This document shows positions 53,922 through 64,000 of a stretch of 64,000 nucleotides of DNA, piece after piece (positions within the stretch are counted from its first letter, which is position 1; the number at the start of each line of letters is the position of its first letter). This DNA is from Kudoa neothunni (Eukaryota > Animalia > Cnidaria). The notes under the pieces are model-generated. The model was not told the DNA's origin, did no database searches, and saw only the letters and a list, made by a program, of their open reading frames with translations. The DNA is taken from NCBI GenBank assembly GCA_964304625.1, contig OZ199840.1:1194733-1258732 (forward strand), in the 5' to 3' direction. A program made the translations under genes and the position numbers.

Positions 53922-54173
53922 ATGGATCTGGCTGAGGATTGTGTCAAAACTGTTCGCGAATACGCCAAAAACTCTGTCAGATTAGTCAGAAGATGCACCA
54001 AACCAAATCAAAAAGGCATATTTTGGCTTTAGAGAGTTTTATTTTAAACCTTTTATCCTGTAGAATTCACTGAGTCTGCAGTTGCCGTTGCACTGGGTGT
54101 TTTCGTTATGGGATTCACTGCCTACCTTGTTAAACTCGTCCATATTCCCATTAACAAACTCATTGTTGGATAA
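53922..54173 (+). CDS. SEC61G: Protein transport protein Sec61 gamma subunit
   Basis: Exons 53922-54015 and 54064-54173 joined by a GC-AG intron. Translation MDLAEDCVKTVREYAKNSVRLVRRCTKPNQKEF...GFTAYLVKLVHIPINKLIVG*. Confidence 0.96.
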
Positions 54174-56410
54174 TTGCTCTAATCTGAAAATTTTATAGTT
54201 TTTGTTGTTTTTTGTTTTATTGGCCTGCTTTCAACCATACTTCTTGCTTTTTGTTGTCTACCGCCAATTATTGTTAATTTTAACGTGTTTTCAAAGATTT
54301 TATCTGCAAAAATCATTTTTGAATAGCGTATTTATTTTAAGGTCGGCTTCTATTGTTGGGTAGTTTATTACATGATAATTCATGGTCAAAAAGTTTTATT
54401 AATGAGGAATATTAAATTTTAATAGATATCAAAAACTTCTCTAAAATAAATTTTAACGTTAAATCAATCAGCGAGAGTTTTTGTAAAAGTTAACGTATAT
54501 ATTGGGGTCGATTTACAATAATAATCACAATGTTTAAAATAATACTCATTTCGTAGATCCAATTAAAAAACTGGACTATTGTACCCCTTTAAGTTAAAGT
54601 GATATTTCTACAATCGATTGGAAATAAAAATATAAAATTCTATTAATATGTTCATGGTTTAAAAATGGGAAATCGAGAAATAAATTGTATTATTATTTTT
54701 AAAATAAGTATTTTCTGCTTGCTTCTTTTACTCAAATTGAACAGGTAAATATTTAATGTCTTTAAAGCATGAATTTTTATGGTAACTACTCAAGGGGTTA
54801 TCTGAAAGACCCTCAGATATAGACACACACAATAAGCCCATGATTCTTTTTTAAGTCTCTTTTCTAGATAGGAATTAAATTGCAGATGTGAAAAAATTTT
54901 ACGTTAGTAAATTTGTACACATCAAATAAATTTGTCTTGTTTTGTTGATAGAGTAGTTTATATATGAATTTTACAACAAAGCTAGTAAAAGATATTGTAG
55001 CAATATTATTCAATTTAAACTGCTAGGCTTATATTTTTGTGGAAATATTATAGGACTTCTTAATATTTTTACATAGCAGAAATACATAAGAGATTTAAAA
55101 CTCGAAAAATTAATGCGTTAGCGGCTTTCAGCCGCAAACTACTGAATATATATATATAAAAAAGTAAATTTTTCCTAACTTTTAAATGATTAAATGATTT
55201 CTAATGCTATCGTGGATGTAGTTAATTAAAATAGAGGATTTAATAAATTAGGGTTGGCGTCGAACAATTATAAAATATCGATAACCTTTATATATATATA
55301 TATATATATATATAAATTTCTTTATGAATTACTTTTTTATTAGAATTTTTAATATTAATAACGAAAAATTGATCTCATAATTATAGAAATGATTACTACC
55401 CTAAAAATCATTCATACGATAAGAAAACTTGTAAGTACGTAAAATCAGTAGTCTACTATATTTGATACTTGAGATTTAATTCTTTCATAATTTCCTTTAA
55501 TGTTAGCCTGTTGAATTTTTGATTGTATACTGCCTCATTTTTAATTAATTAAAAAAGTTAAACAGATTATGAATCAATTTAGCGGCTCCATTTTTATCTC
55601 CACTACCTTAACCATCTAATGATCTCAAAAACAGTACCAAATCGAACTGACGCTTTAATGATAAAATTACTCAATTATTTTATTGGTTAGTGTATGTAAA
55701 AATAATTTTTTGGCGAATAAAAATGATTATTCAATTTAAACTTGTCATAACATAGGAATCATACATTAATTATGCGAAATATTTTAAAATTAATCTCGAT
55801 TTTGGCAGTATAGAAGAATACCGGCGTTCTTCATAAGTGTACATACAAAAAAAGTAGTATTGGCGATCAGTAAAATATTCATTAATTATTTAAAAATAAC
55901 AAAAGTTAGTTTTGACTCGTGCAAGAAAATTTCTAGACAAAAATGGAACAATATATCATATATCTTTTTGAGGCCATTATGAGGTTTATTTCTTTTTTTG
56001 TTTCATAATTTTCTGTCCCATTTTGATTTCTGTGTAAATTGTTTTGAGAAATAAATTCCCTATTTAACATAAAGTCAAAAGTAAGGAACAAATCACATTG
56101 GTTGATGTTTGCAAATCTTAATAAAGAAGGCCAGCTCTTATAAATAAATTTGCTGATCAATTATTCATTTAATCGTTAAATATTTATTAACGAGACCAAT
56201 TAAAAATTTATTAGTCCTTTAAAACGTTAATTTAAAAATAATCTAATACAGATGTCATTTTCTTGGATTAACCACAAACAACTGAAAATAATAAATATTA
56301 TTTAAATTCGATTTTAAATCATACAATAAGATATAGTTTATTAAAACTATTATCTTAGATTATATTTATCCATTAACAGATCCTTACTTCTAATTTTTGA
56401 TGCTTGATTC

Positions 56411-58621
56411 AGGCACATGGCGCCAGGGTATACAAGGTATGCAGTGCATACCCTGATGGGTACAAAACGAAGAAAATTTTTCTTATAAACAGTTTTACTT
56501 TAAATCAATATTATTATATTGATTAATTTGCGTATTTTGCATAAGATAATAAAATTGTGACAATTTTTCGACAGAATATGCGCAACCTAGCCTAGCATTG
56601 TTTCCAGAGCGCCCTATTAACACTCATACTGAGTTTTGGGTCCAAAGTGACCCCAGAGAAAAATTCATTTCTTAAAAGCTATATTGATCAGCATTAAAAA
56701 CTCAAATTTATTTTTTTAAATTCACCTCTATATATGTCATTTTATCTGCTAAAGTATTGTTATTATATTTGAACCCAATCTGTTTTTATTCACGTATTAA
56801 CTTAAATTCACCTATGAATGATTCTTAGATCATCCAAGACCCAGAATAAATAATTATATTATAACATTAACAACTCGACATAATAAATTAATTTAGATAT
56901 TATCTTTGATATTAAAATCTTTTCAACGTTTCAGACCCTTCTAAGGTTTTCTAGAAGGATCCTAAACAGTGGTAGGCATAACGTGACCCATGAGCCGCAT
57001 CTTGTCTCATGGTGTTTCATTCGGCCATCAGGAGTGATGGCAATTTTACTATAGAATTCATCTATTTGCGATAGATTTGGGATTTAATTCCTCTCTAAGA
57101 TATTTTAAAAGCCAAACTAATATTAATTCATCCGTAAATATAAAGTTGCCATGTTATTCTATACTCATGTTTAATAAATGTTTACGTTAGACTTACAATT
57201 AGAACCATGACTAATTATTAAATATGATTAACGATATTAGGAAAATTTGAAGGAATAAAGCGTATGAATTAACGGGAATATGCGGCGTCACACAAGTTAT
57301 GCAAACTAAAAAATCAATAAAATTGTAGAAGGAAACTTCCATATTTATATTTTATGGAATGGCGTTTATTATAAACAGATTAGCTCTACTTTAAATAATA
57401 AAATTACTCCATTACAAAATACCTGATTCAATAATCCATACAAAAATCTAATGAAAAATGAACCATTTAATTTATTACTTTGTTTGTGAAAAATCAAGTT
57501 CAAAATATATTTTTCCTCTTTCCACTATACTTACAAAAGTAATCGCTAAATCAATTAAACATGTAATTCCTCCACAAGATGTTTAATTTTAACCACAGCC
57601 TATATTGAACAGCGAAAAATTGATAACGGGTGCCTTTTTTTAATAAAGATTTTGTTCAAATTTATTTATTGCCATATCTGTGCAGCACTCAAAAAATAAA
57701 ATTAATATTAATATTAAATTTTTTAATAAAAATCCGTCCTCGAAAAAGTAAAATTGTCCACCTTGAACAAGAAGAAATTATAATGTGTTGTATCATTGAA
57801 GAAATTTCAAATGAATGCGGCATTGACAACGTAGCCAATCAGAATCAAATTACGCGAAAATGAAATTTAAACCAAAGGATAAGATGTTCCATCTCTCCAA
57901 GAGAGCAGCATAATAACAAATGTTCAACTTGCCATTAAAATTGTATGAAACCTATGTTTAACCCTCATATACCAATATTTTGTGAAAATTGCATCAAAAA
58001 TCATAATAAGATAATTATATTTTATAAATTTTAATATTTTTGTTGTTTTTGATGGAGTGATTTAGTCGAGAAACTACCATTTCTATCCTGGAGTCAAAAA
58101 CGACCCCAAACACATTTCATGTGAAAATTATCGACTGAGTACGTGTGTTAATTCTACAGACGTGTCCGAAACTAGCAGGTGTCGCATGTGCCGGTTAACA
58201 CAGGACGTTTTATGGGTCATTGGAAGCAGAGTCTCCGCTGCTTCTTGTAATCTTCCGTTTCGTTATTCATAAAAAAATTGTTTTGTTTGTAAACACACGA
58301 AACACTACAATTTACCGAGTAAAGCATTAATCTCCGTTTTGTTTACTGTAACAATGACGTCTGGGTCATAAATAATAACGACTATTTTAAATCACACTCA
58401 AAATTTTCATACGAAGAAAAAAAATGAAAGATATTTCTGCTAGTAGATCTATCCCAGAGCTTCCACGGTTACAGAAAAAGTTGTATAAAGTTACCAGAAC
58501 ATTCCAAATTACCAGGTACAACCAAAATGAATGGTTGTGTGATAACTTAAAACGAAACGACTTTTTTTACATAGAATCCAAGAGAAGGACCTCATGTGGT
58601 TTTTTTAATTCATATATTTAA
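56411..58621 (+). mobile_element. hAT (Tip100/ZMYM-type) remnant interrupted by piggyBac
   Basis: GC-rich left end with CAGGGTAT...ATACCCTG. The ORF at 58424-58621 (PELPRL..RTFQITRYNQNEWLC) resembles the TTF zinc-finger start of hAT transposases. The right end was not located. Confidence 0.5.
56617..58151 (+). mobile_element. piggyBac-type element, internally deleted
   Basis: TTAA at both ends, TIR CACTCATACTGAG / reverse complement CACACGTACTCAG, subterminal GGGGTC..GACCCC palindromes at both ends, and a decayed Cys-rich C-terminal domain (RIRCSISPRE..KCSTCH*NCMKP..CENC) at ~57877-57993. Confidence 0.78.
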
Positions 58622-59167
58622 GAATAATTAAATTTATTTAAAATTCTTTAATTTAACTTGAACATTTTTAAATTTTTTAGTAATAAATTTTTTTTGGTAA
58701 CTTCGAAACTCGTTATAACCAAATACCGAAGTAAAACCATTGAGTGCTTATCCAAAGTAAATTCTCACATGTGTCTCCCATGATTATTACACTACCACAA
58801 AATTAATTTCGATTGTAAAATTCTAAAAGTACCTAAAGAATTGCAACTTTTCCCCATAACAACATCGAAGGAGGTTACATATAGATTACTCAATCGCAAC
58901 ATACTCCGTACAAAATCTAAAGCTCATATAAACGATATAAAAGTCGTTACATCACTCTTTACTTTCAAAAAAAAATAAAATCAAAATAATGAACCCAAAA
59001 TAAACAATCTCTCGTTCGAAAGCATTAAAAACGTATACAAAATAAAACTATTGAGTAAAAACAATAATAAGGCGAAAATTATATAAAAATAAAACAACAT
59101 TATATTTTAATATGTAAACAGTTGCTCTATATATAATTTTTATTCATCCGGTTCCCTGGCAATATTT

Positions 59168-59631
59168 CTAAACTTTTTTTCGTGAAAATTTTGGAAAATT
59201 TAGCAGCCCCATAGATCTAGCCATTTCAGTTGCTTTTTTAACTTTTCTGTACTGTGATCCGCAAATCCCTAAAATTCCAAATTATTACCAAACTTACTTA
59301 AAGTATTTACCCATAGATTTCCGAGGTTTCAAAGTGCCATCAGGATTCAAAAATTGAATCAACAAAGGCAAATCCTACAATTAACACAACTACTGAACAG
59401 CGAACTTAACCACAACAATTCGTACATTATAGTTGAAAACAATGTTATTCCTGCATAAAACACAAGAAGTTTCGTCACCCGGTAACAGATTTTTGTTCCA
59501 TAGGTTTTTGGCTTCGACGGCTACAATAGTCACTTACCGATTTCAATAAATCATTCTTTAATACCTGGAGCGATGGGTCTGTCCAAACAAAACGATCTAA
59601 TAAATCTAGTAACACAACCCCGAAAACTCAT
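59168..59631 (-). CDS. Mitochondrial ribosomal protein S18 family, most like MRPS18A/mL66
   Basis: Four exons encoding CVLCRNNIVFNYNDLPLLIQFLNPDGTLKPRKSMGICGSQYRKVKKATEMARSMGLL. The paralog assignment and exact C-terminus are uncertain. Confidence 0.85.
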
Positions 59632-59691
59632 TATTGTTAAAACGCTCAAAAACTAATGTCCTTGCGTATGTACACATGCGCACATTTTAAA

Positions 59692-60354
59692 ATGTCGGCT
59701 CTTCAGGTGTTGAAATATAGGATATTAATTCCTGCAGGAATAGCGTCCCCAGGACCACCTCTTGGGCCTATTCTTGGCCAGGTTATTTTCAAGAATTTAG
59801 TTATCTAAATATGTACGTGATTCCTTGTTAGAAAGGGATAAATATATCTGCGTTTGTGAGAGAATTCAATCAAAAGACGTCACACTTAAAAAAAGGTCTG
59901 GAAACAATAGTTGAAGTGTATCAAGAGGTAATGGTGTATTTTTGGTATTTTACAATCTTGATTTTGAATATTTTTCGATGTAAAAAGGGAAGAAATTATA
60001 AAATGGACATTATATCACCAACCACAGCATCGCTTATAAAATCTGCAGCTGGAGTTGAAAGAGGATCATCTGATTGTTAATATTATGTTTTGTTATTGAC
60101 TTTTATCGATTTATCTATTAGCTAAAAAAATTATCGCTGAAATAAATCTGAAGCAAGTATACGAAATTGCAAAGATGAAACAAAAAGATCCTCGTCTTAT
60201 GTATCACGACCTGAAATCTATATGTATTAAAGTGATAAGACAATCTACTGATATGGGTATACGTGTGATACCTCACAAAGATGCCGATTTAAGCGAAAAA
60301 ACAGTGGACAAATTCAACTGCGATAAATACTATTTCAAAGGAAAAACATTGTAG
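59692..60354 (+). CDS. MRPL11: Mitochondrial ribosomal protein L11 (uL11m)
   Basis: Four exons with [45 protein letters not shown] and LKQVYEIAKMKQKD. An alternative in-frame ATG lies at 59656. Confidence 0.93.
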
Positions 60355-61373
60355 TTCTTAACAAACTTTATTGTTATAAATGATCAGTTTTTCATATTTA
60401 TTTTTTTTTGGCGCGTAAATATTTATGAATATCGTCGGTTACTTTTTAAACCACTCGTGTTCACCTTTTCCACTATTTACTTTTAGTTTTGTTACATATA
60501 AAATTGAAATTATAATCTAGAAATTCTTCTTCTGATGATGATGAAGTACTGGCGTAGAATTAAAATTAGTAATTTTATAGATTAGAGTTAACTAAATAAA
60601 AGGAGAGTGCATAATTTTTTAATATATAAAATAAATATAACATAAAATCGTAAAATTCAGGCATTGATTACGTTGAATGACTTGATCATATGAAAAAAAA
60701 ACCAAAAAAAAATAATCAGACGAAAAGTATTAACTCTCGAATACCTGGAGGTGGCTAATCAGCGCTTATTATATCGACATCTTTTACAAAATATTTTATT
60801 TCCTTTTTCCCTAGTGTGTTTTAAAGTATAATGGTCCTTTTAAAAATGCTCAAGTAATGGAGATTTATATTTAATTTTTTCTCTTAGAATCAAAAAAAGC
60901 AAAAAGTTACACATACCCGAACGAGCACATACTATAAATAACGTTCAAATAGTTAAAACATACAGAAAAGCTATTCTACAGTAAATATTATAAATGTATT
61001 TTGAAGAAAGGAATTTTTTTCAAAATTTATTTGTTTCTATAACAACTTGATTCTGCTTATTACCTAATCTGAAAGGTGAATCGCTCGTGCTATAATAATT
61101 TTGTTAAATTATATATCGACAAAAAGTAACAAGTTAAATATAGGTTTTTTAAGTTTAATTTGGACCATCCTATCATGACTTAGAAATTCAAAATCTAGAA
61201 ATCCTTAGACTATACATATATATATATTTATATTTCTTATTCATAAATTAATTTATAATGCCAAACTTCAATTTATAAAGTACGAATATGTATGTTAATA
61301 TATTTTTGTCAACTAGAGGAGAGACCTTTAATAAAATCCTAAATTCAGAGAATAAAAAAACCTTCGTTGTTAC

Positions 61374-61405
<32 letters not shown>

Positions 61406-61426
61406 GAAGAAGAAGAAGAAGAAGAA
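61374..61426. repeat. Compound trinucleotide microsatellite (AAT)n(AAG)n
   Basis: Read directly. Confidence 0.9.
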
Positions 61427-62001
61427 AATGTGAACAATGAAACAATAATAAAACAGTTCATGTCTGATTTTTCACGCTATTCAAAGTATATGCAGGCATA
61501 TTTATTCTCGTTCTTCGTACTTGTGCAGATAAACGTCACAAAAATGCATTATCGATTCATTTTTATTAAATTTATTATATTTTAAAATGTAAAAAATAAC
61601 GCAAATAATTATGTTCTTAGCCTTAATTGAAACGATTTCTATTATTCTAATACATTTTTGCGTGTGGTCACCTTGACCACCTCCAGGTACTCGTATAACT
61701 CTTTTCCTCAGGTGTTCAAGGTTTAGGTTAAATGGATATTTGTTCAATGAAAATCACAAAACTTTTGGTTAGCTTTTATGCTCCACATATTAAAAAAAAG
61801 AAGAAAAAGTGTCTAGGAATGAGGTAGAATTGATTTAAAATCCACATTCGGTTGAGTAGGAAACAAATCTGAGTGTATCTAACTTATCAGCTATGGAGGT
61901 AAATAATATCACTATAGCAACCGATAAAAAAGTAGATTTCAACAAGAATAATAATTCAAAATGTGTGTACTAAATTTTTATTCAAATACTACGAAAAGAG
62001 A

Positions 62002-64000
62002 TCATTCTTCACGATATTGAGATCTAGAACGATGTTTCATTTTATCGATACGTAATCTGAATTTATTTTTTGGACGAGAACTTATTCCTTGAGGGACAGT
62101 TATATTGTCTTGAGAAGCGATAGATCCACTTCCACTAACACCGGATCGAACATTGGTGCCACTCATATCATCCATGATAAAAGGTATAGTTGTGCTCTGA
62201 TGTTCTTCTTTAGGATCGATAAACAGATTCTGAAGCATGCTTGGATCATGAGTAGCATGGGTATTGGCGGGTTTTCTTGATTTTTTTGAAACCGATCCAA
62301 AGCTACTACCAGTACCGGATCTCTTTCGTTGGTCGCACTAATATATAGATAATAATGGAAATGCTCACTAATAGAAGACAGTTACAAATACTTTCGACTT
62401 GAATTTGGAGGTTTTTGTACCTAAAGCACTGCCATGCTCCGGCTCGACCTGTTCGGTGTAGCTAGTAATAGAGCCAGATTTTTGTCTCCTACATACGTGA
62501 AAAAATCAGTATTTATTATTAATTGTCGTATAATAGTGTAAATAAGTTGGTTATTTAAGAACGTACGTTTCAACAATGCTACCTGATGGGTAAACCCCGG
62601 TTGCCATATCTGACGCTGCACTATGTTTCCTTTCTTTTGAGCCTTGAGATAAATTAAAGTTAGATCTATTATCAGAGTAGAGAAACTTTTACCCACCTTT
62701 AGATATTGAGTTTGAAGCAGTTCTCTAATTTTTGTAATAAATAAACATCGAAATTGTATTTATTAAATTAGTACATTGTTTAGAGTCGGATTATCAAATC
62801 CGATTTCACCACCACCTGCAGCTTGACTTTGTGAGATCCTATCGAGAGTAACTAATTTGTTTTAAAAATCGAAAAATTTGATACGCCGTGGTGAATTTTT
62901 CGAGTGGAACCTTGCACTGTAAACAGAAAAATGAGATGAATGAAACCACTTGAAACCGATTACATATTTTTCAAGAGAGGAGCGCATATCTTCAAATATG
63001 GTCACCATCTTTAAATGCAAACCGTAGAATTTGACATCAGCAAAATCTTCATGAAGAGCTAAACCGGTGCGTGTTTGTTGATACTGATCGATAAGAGCAT
63101 CGCTCAGTTGTGTGACGTAACTGGAGTCTTGGGGAGAATTTTTCACGTAGGAATCTATAAGAAAAGCTTCGGCGTATTTTGAAGTGCCTCCGTTGACGGC
63201 AGAATCAATAATTCCGTTGAGAAGTGAACACAACTCGGTTATGTTTAGGGCTGGAATAGATTCTACCTTGGTAATGCACTGCACAAGCGATTGGGTTTTT
63301 TTGAGTACATCCGCCACTGCGATTTCAATAGGAGATATTTTGCGTTGTTCAGTATCCACGATTTCGGCCCAATTCAACGGACCGGGTAGCATAAATTTGG
63401 TTGTATAGGTGGTTTCTTCGACCCATTTGTTCTACATAATTTTAGAAGTGATGATTAAGTTGTCGTAGACCTCAAATAACCAACATACCTTAACATCTTC
63501 TGTTGCTATTATGGGACGTTGCTTAGAGAACTTGGTGGTTTGATTAAGTTGATAAAAGCTAGAAATATAAGGCATTAATATGATTATTTACGACAATAGC
63601 TGCAATCACAAAGATAGATATATTCAAACGACATTTTTATTTACACACCTCTTAATTTGTTCATTAGCATAAGTGTTGTTGAGAACACGTGAATCTTCTG
63701 GCACTGGGGTAACTCCGGTGCAAAAAATCACTAAGAAATTAGTTATGCTAATAGCAAACAATTAAAATAATAATTTTTACATTGTTTATCGGAATTTTTC
63801 AGTTGTTCATCAACTTCCTTTGCAATTCCAGAAACTTCCGAGAGTGGGAAATTGGTTTTGAGGGTTTTAATTAGATCACCCAATTTCATAAAATTTTTTC
63901 CTCGATGAATAAACTGTTTATTCTACAAAAACCCACCAAATATAAAAAAATAAAGAATCAAACATACTCGAACCGCTAAATGAAATCTTTGTCCATAGAA
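62002..64000 (-). CDS. DOCK180-family guanine nucleotide exchange factor, 3' part (DHR-2 domain and tail); runs off the window
   Basis: FYGQRFHLAVR|NKQFIHRG, LPGPLNWAEI, ISPIEIA and LCSLLNGIIDSAVNGGTSKYAEAF match the DHR-2 domain of DOCK-A/B type, across many short GT-AG introns. Confidence 0.88.

Noticed and set aside
1-64000. CRISPR arrays, prokaryotic operons or defence systems
   Set aside because: The DNA is eukaryotic with spliceosomal introns, and no regularly spaced repeat-spacer array was seen.

Overview
AT-rich eukaryotic (animal-type) genomic DNA with many very short GT-AG introns (about 30-70 nt) and strongly diverged proteins. This fits a compact, fast-evolving invertebrate or parasite genome, but the taxon cannot be fixed from sequence alone. 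Genes I could splice by hand are TMEM222, UTP20, an ANKRD28/44/52-type ankyrin protein, TFIIA-gamma, CCDC12/Cwf18, Sec61-gamma, a head-to-head MRPS18A-like/MRPL11 pair and the 3' end of a DOCK180-family gene; several of these are missing from the ORF track. Orphan genes comprise two type I membrane proteins, a paralogous pair of small single-pass membrane proteins, and a multi-exon gene at the left edge whose C2-like 5' exons are decayed while its 3' exons are intact. Intergenic DNA holds decayed and nested transposons (MULE, Merlin, hAT, piggyBac, Tigger) and two copies of a structured tRNA-derived SINE. I cannot demonstrate a novel biological system. The best leads are the SINE family, the half-decayed gene, a 60-bp or shorter bidirectional promoter between two mitoribosomal genes, a shared GCGC promoter motif, a hammerhead-core match and homopolymer frameshifts in otherwise intact genes. 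All exon structures and family calls are by eye and from memory, without database searches.
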